DNA from: Faecousia sp.
GTDB lineage: Bacteria > Bacillota > Clostridia > Oscillospirales > Oscillospiraceae
Length of the DNA: 64,000 nucleotides
Assembly: GCA_045538605.1 (NCBI GenBank)
Contig: JAZSRR010000065.1
Location: 6,692-70,691, forward strand
Reading direction: 5' to 3'
Shown here: piece by piece, positions 9,564-20,691 of the stretch
Numbering within the stretch: position 1 is the stretch's first letter
Layout of the letters: every line of letters begins with the position of its first letter
The notes under the pieces: generated by a model
The model's input: the letters and a program-made list of their open reading frames with translations, nothing else
Databases searched by the model: none
What the model was told of the DNA's origin: nothing
Position numbers and translations under genes: made by a program

Positions 9564-10429
9564 TGGATAAGCAGATGAATATTCAATGGTATCCCGGTCA
9601 TATGACAAAGACCCGCCGCCAAATGGAGGCGGATTTGAAGCTGGTGGATGCGGTTTGCGAAATTGTGGATGCCAGAATTCCGGTTTCCAGCCGCAATCCG
9701 GATATTGATTCGATTTGTGGTTCAAAACCCAGAATCATCGTCCTAAATCGAATGGATTTGGCCGACCCCAACGCCACTAAGGTCTGGTTGGAGTATTTTC
9801 GTAATAAGGGTATGGCTGCTGTGGCTACCGACTGTAAAAGCCGTAAGGGTATCAACAGTTTTCAACCCGCGGTTCGTTCTGTATTGAAGGAGAAGCTGGA
9901 ACGGGATGCCCAAAGAGGAATGAACCGCCCTCTCAAGGTTATGATTGTGGGCATTCCCAATGTAGGAAAATCAACGCTGATCAATCAGATTTCCGGACGT
10001 AAGGGAGCAAAAGCGGAAAACCGCCCGGGTGTTACCCGAGGAAAGCAATGGGTAACCGTGGATAGCAGCTTGCTTCTATTGGACACACCCGGCATATTGT
10101 GGCCCAAGTTTGATGATCCTCAGGTGGGCATGATGCTGGCATATACCGGTGCGGTAAAAGAAAATATTATTGACATTGAAGAGCTTGCCTGTTATTTATC
10201 TGAGTTGCTATGGAAATATTATCCGGATACGTTGAAAGATAGATATGGCATTGTTGCTCCGGAGGATATGCCTGGCTATCAACTCCTTGAGGAAATGGGC
10301 AGAAAACGTGGCTATCTGCTATCTCGCGGTGAGATCAACACAGAACGGATGGCAAAGGTGCTTTTGGATGAATACCGCTTAGGCAAACTTGGTAAATTCA
10401 CTCTGGAAATGCCGAAGGAGACTGTATGA
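9563..10429 (+). CDS. rbgA: Ribosome biogenesis GTPase RbgA/YlqF
   Basis: IQWYPGHM, GIPNVGKS, DTPGILWPK; start uncertain by a few codons. Confidence 0.95.
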   Translation: MDKQMNIQWYPGHMTKTRRQMEADLKLVDAVCEIVDARIPVSSRNPDIDSICGSKPRIIVLNRMDLADPNATKVWLEYFRNKGMAAVATDCKSRKGINSFQPAVRSVLKEKLERDAQRGMNRPLKVMIVGIPNVGKSTLINQISGRKGAKAENRPGVTRGKQWVTVDSSLLLLDTPGILWPKFDDPQVGMMLAYTGAVKENIIDIEELACYLSELLWKYYPDTLKDRYGIVAPEDMPGYQLLEEMGRKRGYLLSRGEINTERMAKVLLDEYRLGKLGKFTLEMPKETV

Positions 10430-11034
10430 CAAATATGTGGGAAATTGAAAACAGTTATTTTGACAAATGTTTCCAACTGATCTGCGGTGTAGATGAAGCC
10501 GGACGTGGTCCTCTTGCAGGTCCTGTCTGCGCGGCGGCGGTGATCCTGCCAGCCAACGTAGAAATCCCCGGTCTTAATGACAGTAAGAAACTGACGGATA
10601 AAAAACGACGGGAGCTGTTCCCGATTATTCAGCACGAGGCGATCGCTTACGGGATTGCTTTTGCTGATGAAAAAGAGATTGATGAAATCAATATCCTTCA
10701 GGCAACCTTTCTGGCAATGGAACGTGCGGTTCAGAAGCTGAACATTCGTCCGGATTTGTTGCTGATCGACGGTAACCGCAATCGGGACTTCGGCATTCCG
10801 TCCGAAACTGTCATTCACGGCGATAGTTTAAGCGCGAATATTGCGGCAGCGTCTGTTTTGGCAAAGGTAACCCGGGATGATTATATGATGGCAAAAGCAG
10901 AGCAGTACCCTGGATACGGTTTTGAAATACATAAAGGTTACGGTACGAGAGCGCATTACGATGCCTTGCAGCAACTTGGCCCCTGCGCTATCCACAGAAT
11001 GACCTTTCTGAAGAAACTATATGGGAACAAATAA
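10426..11034 (+). CDS. rnhB: Ribonuclease HII
   Basis: GVDEAGRGPLAGPV, DSKKL, AAASVLAKVTRD. Confidence 0.96.
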   Translation: MTNMWEIENSYFDKCFQLICGVDEAGRGPLAGPVCAAAVILPANVEIPGLNDSKKLTDKKRRELFPIIQHEAIAYGIAFADEKEIDEINILQATFLAMERAVQKLNIRPDLLLIDGNRNRDFGIPSETVIHGDSLSANIAAASVLAKVTRDDYMMAKAEQYPGYGFEIHKGYGTRAHYDALQQLGPCAIHRMTFLKKLYGNK

Positions 11035-11383
11035 TATTGCCGGCGCTTGGGGTGAGGCGGTTGCATCGGAATTTTTGCGAAAGAAAAAATTCACGATTGT
11101 AGCCGCAAATTACCGAAGCCGTTACGGTGAGATTGATTTAATCGTTAAGGATAAACACTTCCTGATATTTGTGGAAGTTAAACTGCGAAAATCAGCCAAC
11201 TTTGCCAAAGCTTTAGAGCATGTGGATATCCACAAACAAAACCGACTTCGCGCTACTGCTGAATTATATTTATGTGAGAACCCCACAGATCTTCAGCCCC
11301 GTTTTGATGTGATTGAGGTCTATGCGCCGGAGGGAATACAGACAAAAAATCCGGAAATTTATCATTTGGAGGATGCTTTTTGA
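11021..11383 (+). CDS. YraN family endonuclease-like protein
   Basis: GE..A..L, GEIDLI, FVEVK, RFDVI; follows rnhB. Confidence 0.9.
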   Translation: MGTNNIAGAWGEAVASEFLRKKKFTIVAANYRSRYGEIDLIVKDKHFLIFVEVKLRKSANFAKALEHVDIHKQNRLRATAELYLCENPTDLQPRFDVIEVYAPEGIQTKNPEIYHLEDAF

Positions 11384-12321
11384 TGGAATTTCCTGTATTT
11401 GACCTGCACTGCGATACAGCAAGTAAAATGGCGCATTTTGAAGATGCACCCATCAGCTTACGAACAAATTCTTTGCACATAGATTTGGATAAAGCGGCCA
11501 AATTACCGTCTTATGCCCAATGTTTTGCCTGTTTTACCACATCCGATCCAGAAAGAAACCCGCTTTTGGATTTTGAAGCTCAGTTGACAAAAATTTTGTC
11601 TGAAATTGATGTCAATAATCAAAAAATTCGGCAAGCATTTACCTCTGCCGACATAGAAAATAACAAAGAGCAGGGGATCATATCGGCAATCCTAACACTG
11701 GAGGGCACAGCCGGAATTGGCTATGATCCGGAGCTGTTAGAGGATCTTTTTAAGCTTGGTTTCCGGATGTCCAGTCTTGGCTGGAACGAAAAGAATCCTT
11801 TGACCGGATCGCATGTTACCGGCGATGGATTGACAGATAGAGGCGCTTACTATGTAAAGGAAGCGCAGCGACTGGGTATGCTGATTGATGTCAGTCATAT
11901 CAGCGATGAAGGCTTTTGGGATATTATGGATATCACCGAAGCTCCGATTATTGCTACTCATTCCAACAGCCGCAAAATTTGTGATGTTAGTCGCAACCTC
12001 ACAGATGAGATGTTCACGGAAATCTGCAGAACCGGTGGTGTTGTGGGCATCAATTTATATGCAGAATTTTTGGGAGCGAACGCCACTGTCGATACGGTTT
12101 GCGACCACATTTTTCATTTTCTGGAGCTTGATCCAAGCGGAACGCATATTTCCCTTGGCGGTGATTTGGACGGATGTGATACCTTGCCAATAGATATGAG
12201 TGGAATTCAGTCCTATCCTGCCATCGCGCAGCAACTGATCCGGCGTGGACTGGATAACAATACGGTTATGAATATTTTTTGGAATAATGCAATAGGAGTG
12301 ATGAAACGATGCTGTATGTAA
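11380..12321 (+). CDS. Membrane dipeptidase (peptidase M19)
   Basis: DLHCDT, LTLEG, IDVSH, ATHSN, LGGDLDG motifs. Confidence 0.9.
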   Translation: MMEFPVFDLHCDTASKMAHFEDAPISLRTNSLHIDLDKAAKLPSYAQCFACFTTSDPERNPLLDFEAQLTKILSEIDVNNQKIRQAFTSADIENNKEQGIISAILTLEGTAGIGYDPELLEDLFKLGFRMSSLGWNEKNPLTGSHVTGDGLTDRGAYYVKEAQRLGMLIDVSHISDEGFWDIMDITEAPIIATHSNSRKICDVSRNLTDEMFTEICRTGGVVGINLYAEFLGANATVDTVCDHIFHFLELDPSGTHISLGGDLDGCDTLPIDMSGIQSYPAIAQQLIRRGLDNNTVMNIFWNNAIGVMKRCCM

Positions 12322-13322
12322 CAACACGCGATAATCGGGATGCATTCACGGCACACAGGGCTTTATGCGAAAATTTTGGTCCCGATGGAGGGCGGTATGT
12401 TCCTTTTTCGTTACCTACATTTTCAAAAGAGGAGCTGCTATCTCTTAAGGAGAAAAGTCTTGCCCAGACAATTGCTCAGATCATCAACATCTTTTTTGCT
12501 TCCCGGTTGACCGGATGGGATGTTGAATTTTGCATTGGCAGAAACGCCGCATCTGTTGTCTCGATTAATCAAAAAATTGCCGTTGCGCAATTGTGGCATA
12601 ACCTGGATGGCAAATATGCCTACATTTTCGATAACTTGTATCAAAAGCTCCGGGATACAACGGATAGAACGAATGTATCGGATTGGGCGAAAATAGCAAT
12701 CCGCATTGGTGTTTTGTTTGCTATATATGGCGAAATGCTTCGTTGTGAAACAATTGAAGAAGATGCTGTTTTGGATATTTCTGTTTTAACACAAGATTTT
12801 TCTGCGCCAATGGCTGCCTGGTATGCACGTAAAATGGGTTTGCCGATCGGCACGATTATTTGCACCTCCACGGATAATGGCGCAGTATGGGACTTGCTTC
12901 ACCGGGGGCATTTCAACCCGGTTGGCACAGAAGTTTCCCTGCAACTAGGCATGGAACGACTTGTTTTGGGCGCACTTGGCGTAAAAGCCGTATGCGACTT
13001 TAGAGATTGCTGCCAAAAGGGGAGTACCTTTACATTATCAGAAGAAGAACGGCCGATCGTCAATACAGGCTTTTTTTGCACCGTTATCGGCGCTAATCGC
13101 GCTCATGAAGCTGTTACCAGCATTTTTCGTACAAGCCATTACATTATTGACCCGGCTGCAGCTCTGTGTTACGGTGGTATTCAGGATCACCGTGCAAGAA
13201 GCGGTGAAAGTCGACTGACGCTTATTCTGTCGGAGGAAACACCGCTGCATTTTGCAGATTTCATTGTACGGGCTACCGGTGTTAAACAAGCCAAATTAAC
13301 GGAGCTTATTCATAATCAATAA
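12309..13322 (+). CDS. Threonine synthase-like protein (short, divergent)
   Basis: N-terminus MLYVTTR..GPDGG.YVP and YIIDP..A match ThrC, but the HGPT..FKD motif is not recognisable. Confidence 0.65.
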   Translation: MLYVTTRDNRDAFTAHRALCENFGPDGGRYVPFSLPTFSKEELLSLKEKSLAQTIAQIINIFFASRLTGWDVEFCIGRNAASVVSINQKIAVAQLWHNLDGKYAYIFDNLYQKLRDTTDRTNVSDWAKIAIRIGVLFAIYGEMLRCETIEEDAVLDISVLTQDFSAPMAAWYARKMGLPIGTIICTSTDNGAVWDLLHRGHFNPVGTEVSLQLGMERLVLGALGVKAVCDFRDCCQKGSTFTLSEEERPIVNTGFFCTVIGANRAHEAVTSIFRTSHYIIDPAAALCYGGIQDHRARSGESRLTLILSEETPLHFADFIVRATGVKQAKLTELIHNQ

Positions 13323-13331
13323 GGAGCAAAT

Positions 13332-14021
13332 ATGGCATTATACGCAATCGGCGATCTGCACCTTTGTCTTGGCGCAGCCAAGCCAATGGATGTTTTCGGA
13401 GGTGCTTGGGTTGGCTATATGGATAAACTTCGACAAGGGATGTCCGTAATTCAACCGGAGGACACGGTGGTATTGTTGGGAGATCTCTCCTGGGCGTTAA
13501 GTCTCGACGAGGCAAAAGAAGATTTTGCCTGGATCGACCAAATCCCGGGTCGCAAAATCATACTGAAAGGCAACCATGATTATTGGTGGAGTACTGCTTC
13601 AAAATTCTATCAGTTTTGCAAGGAGCAAAATTTTTCAGATCAATGGATTCTCAACAATAACCACTATGAATATAACGGCTGGGCCATTTGCGGAACAAGA
13701 GGTTGGTTTTTTGAAGAAGACCGTTCCGGTGAGCACGACGAAAAGGTATTTAAGCGCGAGCTTTTACGGTTAGAAGCATCCTTACAGTCGGCAGGAGATT
13801 TGCCCAAAATTGTATTTTTACATTATCCACCACGATACAAAGGTTATGAATGTCCGGAGATTTTGGATTTGTTTGCCCAATATGGTGTACGCCATTGCTA
13901 TTATGGACATTTGCATGGAGCCAGCCACGGATTGGCTATGGAGGGTCTGTGGGATGGCGTAGAATATCATCTGGTTTCCGCCGATAAACTGAATTTCCAG
14001 CCTTATCGGATATTTTCCTAA
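13332..14021 (+). CDS. Calcineurin-like metallophosphoesterase
   Basis: GDLH, GDLSW, KGNHD, HYPP, YGHLH. Confidence 0.9.
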   Translation: MALYAIGDLHLCLGAAKPMDVFGGAWVGYMDKLRQGMSVIQPEDTVVLLGDLSWALSLDEAKEDFAWIDQIPGRKIILKGNHDYWWSTASKFYQFCKEQNFSDQWILNNNHYEYNGWAICGTRGWFFEEDRSGEHDEKVFKRELLRLEASLQSAGDLPKIVFLHYPPRYKGYECPEILDLFAQYGVRHCYYGHLHGASHGLAMEGLWDGVEYHLVSADKLNFQPYRIFS

Positions 14022-14133
14022 AGTTTTTTCAGAAAATGGTGGACAATTGGCGTATTCTTTGATAAAATAGCTCGGATACAAAATTTGTAAATGGACGGCT
14101 ATTTTAAGCCCGAAATAATTGGAGGACAGAAAA

Positions 14134-15438
14134 ATGAACGTAAAGAACATTGAAAAAAAGGGTAATGTTGTTACCATCGTTGTCGAGATCGACAAGGAAC
14201 TGATGGAAAGCGGTGTCCAGAAGGCTTATCTGAAGGCTCGCAAAAACATTATGATCCCCGGCTTCCGGAAGGGTAAGGCTCCCCGGAAGATGATTGAGGC
14301 TATGTATGGCGCTCACGTTTTCTATGAGGATGGTCTGGAGGAGATCTTCCCGGAAATTTATGAGTTTGCTGTTATGAAGCAGGATGTGAAGGCTATCGGC
14401 CGTCCCAGCCTGACCGATATGGATATCAACGAGGAGGGTATTGTTACCCTGACTCTGACCACTGAGCTTTATCCCGAGGTTACCCTTGGCGAATATAAGG
14501 GCCTGAAGGTTAAGAAGGAAAAGGTTACTGTTACCGCTGAGCAGGTCGAAGCAGAGTTGGACCGTATGGCACAGAATGTTGCCTCCACTGAGACGGTTGA
14601 GCGCGCAGCTGAAATGGGTGATACTGCCAACATTGATTTTGAAGGCTTTGACAACGGTGTACCCTTTGATGGCGGCAAAGGTGATAACTTCGACCTGAAG
14701 CTTGGGTCCGGCTCTTTTGTTCCCGGCTTTGAGGAACAGATTGTTGGTATGGCTGCCGGCGAGGAGAAGGATATCGATATCACCTTCCCTGAGGACTACC
14801 ACAAGGAGCTGGCCGGTAAGGCTGTTGTATTCCACGTAAAGGTTAACAAGGTCAGCGTTACCAATGTTCCGGAGAAGGACGATGAGTTTGCAAAGGATGT
14901 TTCCGAATTCGAGACACTGGATGCTCTGAAGAAGGATATCAAGGCCAAGCTGAAGGCTGAGGCTGATAAGAAGGCTATGAATACTTTTGAGCAGGCTTGT
15001 ATTGATAAGGCTGCTGAGAATACCACTGTAGAAATGCCCAAGGCTCTGATTGATGCGGAACTGGACAACCAGATGGAGCGTTTTGGTTATCAGCTGCAGA
15101 TGAGCGGCTATTCTATGGATGCTTATGCCAAGATGATGGGCGGCGACCTGAACACTATGCGGGAAGCTTTCCGTCCCGCTGCTGAAAAGCAGGCCAAGAC
15201 CAATGTAATGCTTGCTAAGATTGTCGAGGTTGAAGGCATCACCGTTTCCGACGAGGAAGTGAATGCGGAGTTGGAGGCAATGGCAAAGCAGTACGATATG
15301 GAGCTGGAGAAGATTAAGGAAATGGTTCCTAGCGATGAAATCAAGTCCAGTCTGGAGACCCGTAAGGCCGTTAAGGTTATTACGGAAAATGCTGTAACCT
15401 CCACACCCAGAAAGAAAAAGACAGAAGAAAAGGAATAA
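14134..15438 (+). CDS. tig: Trigger factor
   Basis: IPGFRKGKAP, FKBP domain (GSGSFVPGFEEQ); precedes clpP. Confidence 0.96.
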   Translation: MNVKNIEKKGNVVTIVVEIDKELMESGVQKAYLKARKNIMIPGFRKGKAPRKMIEAMYGAHVFYEDGLEEIFPEIYEFAVMKQDVKAIGRPSLTDMDINEEGIVTLTLTTELYPEVTLGEYKGLKVKKEKVTVTAEQVEAELDRMAQNVASTETVERAAEMGDTANIDFEGFDNGVPFDGGKGDNFDLKLGSGSFVPGFEEQIVGMAAGEEKDIDITFPEDYHKELAGKAVVFHVKVNKVSVTNVPEKDDEFAKDVSEFETLDALKKDIKAKLKAEADKKAMNTFEQACIDKAAENTTVEMPKALIDAELDNQMERFGYQLQMSGYSMDAYAKMMGGDLNTMREAFRPAAEKQAKTNVMLAKIVEVEGITVSDEEVNAELEAMAKQYDMELEKIKEMVPSDEIKSSLETRKAVKVITENAVTSTPRKKKTEEKE

Positions 15439-15488
15439 TATTCCGGTTGTCCGGTTAGAATGTTCTAAACCCAGAAAGGAGATATTCT

Positions 15489-16073
15489 ATGAGTTTCATT
15501 CCTTATGTTGTTGAACAGACAAGCCGCGGTGAGCGCAGCTACGATATTTTTTCCCGCTTGCTGAATGACCGTATTGTTTTCTTATCGGAAGAGGTTAACG
15601 ACACCACTGCAAGTCTGATCGTTGCTCAGATGCTCTACCTGGAGGCGCAGGACCCGGATAAGGACATTCAGTTTTATATTAATAGTCCTGGCGGCAGCGT
15701 GACGGCAGGTATGGCGATTTATGATACGATGCAGTACATTAAATGTGATGTAGCTACGATTTGTGTTGGTATGGCTGCATCTATGGGCGCATTTTTGCTC
15801 TCTGCCGGAACAAAGGGTAAGCGGATGGCCTTGCCTAATGCAGAGATTATGATTCATCAGCCCTCTGCTGGCACACAGGGTCAGATCACGGATATGGCGA
15901 TCCATATGAAACGTTTGGAGACCATCAAGTCCCGTATGAACCGCATTTTGGCTGAAAATACTGGAAAGACCGTCGAAGAAGTTACCGATGCCTGCGAACG
16001 GGATAACTTTATGACTGCTGAGGAAGCAAAGGAATTCGGCATTATCGACCGGGTTATTGCCCAGCACAGATAA
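15489..16073 (+). CDS. clpP: ATP-dependent Clp protease proteolytic subunit
   Basis: [25 protein letters not shown]. Confidence 0.97.
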   Translation: MSFIPYVVEQTSRGERSYDIFSRLLNDRIVFLSEEVNDTTASLIVAQMLYLEAQDPDKDIQFYINSPGGSVTAGMAIYDTMQYIKCDVATICVGMAASMGAFLLSAGTKGKRMALPNAEIMIHQPSAGTQGQITDMAIHMKRLETIKSRMNRILAENTGKTVEEVTDACERDNFMTAEEAKEFGIIDRVIAQHR

Positions 16074-16096
16074 TTTCAGAAAGGATTGAACTGTCT

Positions 16097-17350
16097 ATGG
16101 CAAAAAAGGACGAGCAGAGATTGTTCTGTTCCTTTTGCGGTAAGCAGGAAACAGAGGTCAGACTGATTGCCGGACCGGATGTTTGTATTTGCAGCGACTG
16201 CGTACAGGCCTGCTGCGATCTGCTTAGCGATGATCAACAGAATATGCAAATGCCCGACCGTTTGCCCACGCCTGCGGAAATGAAGGCATATATGGACAGC
16301 TACATTATCGGTCAGGAGGATGCTAAAATCGCTTTGTCTGTGGCAGTATATAACCACTATAAGCGAATTTATCTGGCAAAGGCTTCGGATGTGGAGCTTC
16401 AAAAGAGCAATATTTTGCTCATTGGTCCGACCGGGTCCGGTAAGACCTTGTTTGCCCAGACCCTCGCAAAAATTCTCAATGTTCCTTTTGCTATTGCTGA
16501 TGCCACAACGTTGACAGAGGCTGGCTATGTGGGTGATGATGTGGAGAATATCTTGGTTCGTTTGCTTCAGGCGGCGGACTTTGACGTAGAGCTTGCCCAG
16601 CGGGGAATTATTTACATTGATGAAATGGATAAAATCGCCCGCAAGAGTGAGAATACATCTATAACGCGCGATGTTTCCGGTGAAGGCGTCCAGCAGGCAC
16701 TTTTGAAAATTCTGGAAGGTACTGTTTCCAATGTTCCGCCCCAGGGAGGAAGAAAACATCCTCAGCAGGAAACTATTCCGATTGATACATCCAATATTTT
16801 GTTTATTTGCGGTGGGGCTTTTGATGGTCTTGATAAAATTATTGAGGCTCGGACTGATCGGTCTGCCATCGGTTTTGATGCGCCAGTTGAAAGCAAAAAG
16901 AACAGAGATATTGGCAAACTCTTTGCGCAGGTCCAGCCCCACGACCTTTTGAAGTTCGGAATTATTCCGGAGCTTGTTGGCAGATTACCTGTGGTTACAT
17001 CTCTTCAGGATTTAAAGAAAGAAGATTTGGTTCGTATTTTGGTGGAGCCGAAAAACGCATTGACAAAGCAATACACCCAGTTGCTTGCAATGGACAATGT
17101 GGAACTGGAAATTGAGCAGGAGGCTTTGGATGCTGTTGCGCAATGTGCCATTGAACGGCAAATCGGCGCAAGAGGCTTACGTGCGGTAATGGAGCAGATA
17201 ATGACAAAGATTATGTTTGCGATACCTTCTGACCTTACCATTCGCAAGGTTGTGCTTACCGCTGATTGCGTCAACGGCGGGGAGGCGAAAATTATTCGGG
17301 ATGCGGAAAATCCCAGAGAAGCCATTCTGGAAACTGCGAGCAGAACTTAA
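16097..17350 (+). CDS. clpX: Clp protease ATP-binding subunit ClpX
   Basis: CSFCGK Zn finger, [21 protein letters not shown] loop. Confidence 0.97.
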   Translation: MAKKDEQRLFCSFCGKQETEVRLIAGPDVCICSDCVQACCDLLSDDQQNMQMPDRLPTPAEMKAYMDSYIIGQEDAKIALSVAVYNHYKRIYLAKASDVELQKSNILLIGPTGSGKTLFAQTLAKILNVPFAIADATTLTEAGYVGDDVENILVRLLQAADFDVELAQRGIIYIDEMDKIARKSENTSITRDVSGEGVQQALLKILEGTVSNVPPQGGRKHPQQETIPIDTSNILFICGGAFDGLDKIIEARTDRSAIGFDAPVESKKNRDIGKLFAQVQPHDLLKFGIIPELVGRLPVVTSLQDLKKEDLVRILVEPKNALTKQYTQLLAMDNVELEIEQEALDAVAQCAIERQIGARGLRAVMEQIMTKIMFAIPSDLTIRKVVLTADCVNGGEAKIIRDAENPREAILETASRT

Positions 17351-17397
17351 GGGGGTAGTCGTCTACCCCCTTTTTATTCCCTTGGAAGGAGACCGCT

Positions 17398-19800
17398 ATG
17401 AATATAGAATTTGAAGCGCAGAAAATGCCGGTTTTGGCTCTTCGTGGACTGGCTGTATATCCGGCGCAAACTGTGCATTTTGATATTGGCAGAGTAAAAT
17501 CTGCGTTGGCACTGGAAAATGCGATGAAGCACAATCAAACACTATTTTTGGTGCCGCAAAAAGACATTTTAGAGGATGACCCTGGTCTGATAGGACTTTT
17601 TTCTGTTGGTACAGTTGTCCGAGTTAAGCAAATTTTTAAATCTCAGGGTGATAACATCCGCGTTCTGGTTACAGGTCTTTACCGGGCAAAGATTTTGGAA
17701 TTAAGTCAGTTTTCACCTTTTTTGATGGGAATTGTAGAGAAACAGACCGACTCCAACCCCTCAGACACCTTGAAAACAAAGGCGCTGCGTCGGGAAGCGA
17801 AATCTCTTTATAGCAGTTATGCTGAACTGTCCGAAAACCAATCCCAAGCTGTTCAGCTGCAACTCGCTGCTTCTGAGGCTTGTGGCTTTCTGGCAGATTG
17901 TATTGCGCAAAACGCTAACTTTGACTACCTGGACAAAGCAAAGCTTTTGTGCCAGTTAAATTCATCAAAGCGGCTGGAGAAAGTAGTTTTCTTATTGCGG
18001 CAGGAAATTCAAATGCTGCGTCTCGAGGCGGACATTCAATTAAAAACCCGGGCAAATATTGATCAAAATCAACGGGATTATTATTTGCGCGAGCAAATGA
18101 AAGCGATCCGTGAGGAATTAGGGGAAGAGGACGAGTTTTCTGAATTTTCCCAATATGAAAAAGACATCCTGATGTTAAACCTACCTGCAGAATCCGAAGC
18201 AAAGCTGTTAAAGGATTTAGAACGCCTAAAAAAGCAGCCTTTCGGTTCTGTGGAGGCATCTGTTTTGCGTAATTATCTGGATACCGTGTTGGAGCTGCCT
18301 TGGAATGTTCGCACGAAGGAACGGGTGAATGTTTCTGCTGCCCAAAAAGTTCTGGAAAAAGATCATTTCGGAATGCATAAGGTGAAAGAACGGATTTTGG
18401 AAACCATTGCTGTTCGGCAGTTGGCACCGGAAATGCCGCCACAGATATTATGCCTGGTTGGCCCTCCCGGTGTAGGTAAAACCTCCGTTGCTTATTCCAT
18501 TGCCCGTTGTCTCAATCGCAAAATGGCAAGAATTGCACTTGGTGGCGTTCATGATGAGGCGGAAATCCGCGGCCATAGAAAAACCTATGTTGGCGCAATG
18601 CCCGGCCGAATCCTTTCTGCAATTATTCAAGCGGGCAGTTTTAATCCGGTTCTGCTGCTGGATGAAGTCGATAAGTTAGGTTCTGACCACAGAGGGGATC
18701 CCAGTGCGGCGCTTTTGGAGGTTCTGGATGGTGAGCAAAACAAGTCCTATCGGGATCACTATCTGGAAATTCCTGTTGATTTAAGTAACGTAATGTTCAT
18801 TACAACGGCCAATACAACCGATACGATCCCAAAACCCCTTTTGGATCGTATGGAGGTCATTGAATTGAGCTCCTATACCGATGAAGAAAAAGTATCCATT
18901 GCTCAGCGTCATTTACTCCCCAAGCAGATCAAAAAACATGGCTTGAAAAAAACACAACTGCGTATTTCAGATGATACGATTCGGGAAATTATCGGTTGTT
19001 ATACCAGAGAATCCGGTGTTCGTAATTTGGAAAGAGCACTTGCTCAAATTTGTCGAAAGGCAGCAAAGTGTGTTGTGAACGATAATGCAAGGCAGAAGGT
19101 TATGGTGGATACCGATAATTTGGAACAATTCCTCGGAACGCGGAAGTATTTACCAAATCGAATTCCTGTTACAGATCAGGTCGGCTTGGTTACTGGACTT
19201 GCCTGGACATCCGTAGGAGGAGAAACACTGGATGTAGAAGTAAGTGTAATGGAGGGTTCCGGAAAGCTTGTTCTGACCGGAAATCTTGGCGATGTAATGA
19301 AGGAGTCAGCAAATGCTGCCCTCAGCTATATTCGCGCAAACGCAAAAGCGCTTGGGGTTGCTCCAGATTTCTATAAAACTAAGGATATCCATGTGCATTT
19401 CCCCGAGGGCGCGGTACCGAAAGACGGCCCTTCGGCCGGTGTTGCCGTCTGTACCGCTATTGTTTCTGCTCTGACAGACACAACTGTGCGCCGGGATGTA
19501 GCAATGACCGGTGAAATTTCTCTGCGGGGACGGGTTCTGGCAATCGGTGGATTGAAGGAAAAAACCATGGCAGCCCTTCGACACGGCGTTTCAACAGTGA
19601 TTATTCCAAAGGACAACCTGCGGGATTTGCAGGATATTGACCCGGTTGTTCGCAACTCCCTGAATTTTATCACCGCGGAAACAGTGGATGTTGTTTTACA
19701 ATCGGCTTTAAATCGAAAGCAATCTTTGACGCCCACAATTCTTCAGAACATCCCGGAAGATGCCAATGCGCACAAGAGAAATTCTGTAATTCGCCAGTGA
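17398..19800 (+). CDS. lon: Lon protease
   Basis: GPPGVGKT, HRKTYVGAMPG, PKDGPSAG. Confidence 0.96.
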   Translation: MNIEFEAQKMPVLALRGLAVYPAQTVHFDIGRVKSALALENAMKHNQTLFLVPQKDILEDDPGLIGLFSVGTVVRVKQIFKSQGDNIRVLVTGLYRAKILELSQFSPFLMGIVEKQTDSNPSDTLKTKALRREAKSLYSSYAELSENQSQAVQLQLAASEACGFLADCIAQNANFDYLDKAKLLCQLNSSKRLEKVVFLLRQEIQMLRLEADIQLKTRANIDQNQRDYYLREQMKAIREELGEEDEFSEFSQYEKDILMLNLPAESEAKLLKDLERLKKQPFGSVEASVLRNYLDTVLELPWNVRTKERVNVSAAQKVLEKDHFGMHKVKERILETIAVRQLAPEMPPQILCLVGPPGVGKTSVAYSIARCLNRKMARIALGGVHDEAEIRGHRKTYVGAMPGRILSAIIQAGSFNPVLLLDEVDKLGSDHRGDPSAALLEVLDGEQNKSYRDHYLEIPVDLSNVMFITTANTTDTIPKPLLDRMEVIELSSYTDEEKVSIAQRHLLPKQIKKHGLKKTQLRISDDTIREIIGCYTRESGVRNLERALAQICRKAAKCVVNDNARQKVMVDTDNLEQFLGTRKYLPNRIPVTDQVGLVTGLAWTSVGGETLDVEVSVMEGSGKLVLTGNLGDVMKESANAALSYIRANAKALGVAPDFYKTKDIHVHFPEGAVPKDGPSAGVAVCTAIVSALTDTTVRRDVAMTGEISLRGRVLAIGGLKEKTMAALRHGVSTVIIPKDNLRDLQDIDPVVRNSLNFITAETVDVVLQSALNRKQSLTPTILQNIPEDANAHKRNSVIRQ

Positions 19801-19808
19801 GGTATTTT

Positions 19809-20396
19809 ATGAATTACAATAATGTAGATTTTCTGATTTCTGCTGCATCTGCCAAGGATTTTCCCACAAATAAATTGCCGGAAATTGCCTTTTCCGGCAA
19901 ATCCAATGTAGGCAAATCATCGGTTATTAACCGGATTTTGCAGAGAAAGAACTTTGCAAGAGTTGGCGAAAAGCCGGGAAAAACCGTCCACATCAATTAT
20001 TTTGTGGTGGATAAACAGTGTTATTTCGTTGATCTCCCTGGCTATGGCTATGCAAAGGTCTCGCAAGCCGAGAAAGATCGCTGGGCAAAGCTGATGGAAA
20101 CCTATTTTGCATCGGATCGTATTGATTTAGGCGTTTTTATTGTGGACGCAAGACACGCGCCAACCAATAATGATATTACCATGGCAAAATGGTTTATGGA
20201 TAGTGGATGTCCCTTTGTTGTTGTGGCAAACAAGCTGGATAAAGTCAAAAAGAGTGAATTATTGCAGAATCTTCAAACCATCAGAGAAGATTTGGAATTA
20301 CCGGAAGACTGCCCGATTATTCCTTTTTCCGCTGAAAAAGGAACCGGTCGTGATGAATTAATTGCATACATTCTGAAAGCAATCGAAAACTCATAA
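19809..20396 (+). CDS. engB: GTP-binding protein EngB/YsxC
   Basis: GKSNVGKSS, DLPGYG, NKLD; downstream of lon. Confidence 0.93.
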   Translation: MNYNNVDFLISAASAKDFPTNKLPEIAFSGKSNVGKSSVINRILQRKNFARVGEKPGKTVHINYFVVDKQCYFVDLPGYGYAKVSQAEKDRWAKLMETYFASDRIDLGVFIVDARHAPTNNDITMAKWFMDSGCPFVVVANKLDKVKKSELLQNLQTIREDLELPEDCPIIPFSAEKGTGRDELIAYILKAIENS

Positions 20397-20430
20397 AAAT
20401 CAGCCTTGGAAGATAATCCAAGGCTGATTT
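20397..20430. terminator. Bidirectional terminator
   Basis: aaatcagccttgga...tccaaggctgattt between convergent genes. Confidence 0.7.
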
Positions 20431-20431
20431 A

Positions 20432-20677
20432 TTATTGATGTGCTTCTTTTAATGCCTTTGCCAGTTGGTCGGGGCAAGAGGTAGGCTTCATTCCACAACG
20501 GATGCCTTCAATTCGTTCAATCACATCTGCAACATTCATTCCTTCTACCAATTTAGAAAGACCCTGCAGGTTACCGTTACAGCCGCCTAAAAACTGAACA
20601 TTTCTCACTTTACCGTCTTCGATCTCAAAAAAGATTTTTTGAGAACAGGTTCCTTTGGTTTTATATTCGTATTGCAT
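20432..20677 (-). CDS. TIGR03905-type TSCPD domain protein
   Basis: GTCS..I, GGCNGNL, GIRCG..TSCPDQ. Confidence 0.88.
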   Translation of the reverse strand: MQYEYKTKGTCSQKIFFEIEDGKVRNVQFLGGCNGNLQGLSKLVEGMNVADVIERIEGIRCGMKPTSCPDQLAKALKEAHQ

Positions 20678-20691
20678 AGTTTTTCCTTTCT

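Noticed and set aside
14104-14835. 243-aa minus-strand ORF
   Set aside because: Antisense shadow of codon-biased tig; no motifs or RBS
16076-16942. 288-aa minus-strand ORF
   Set aside because: Antisense shadow of clpX
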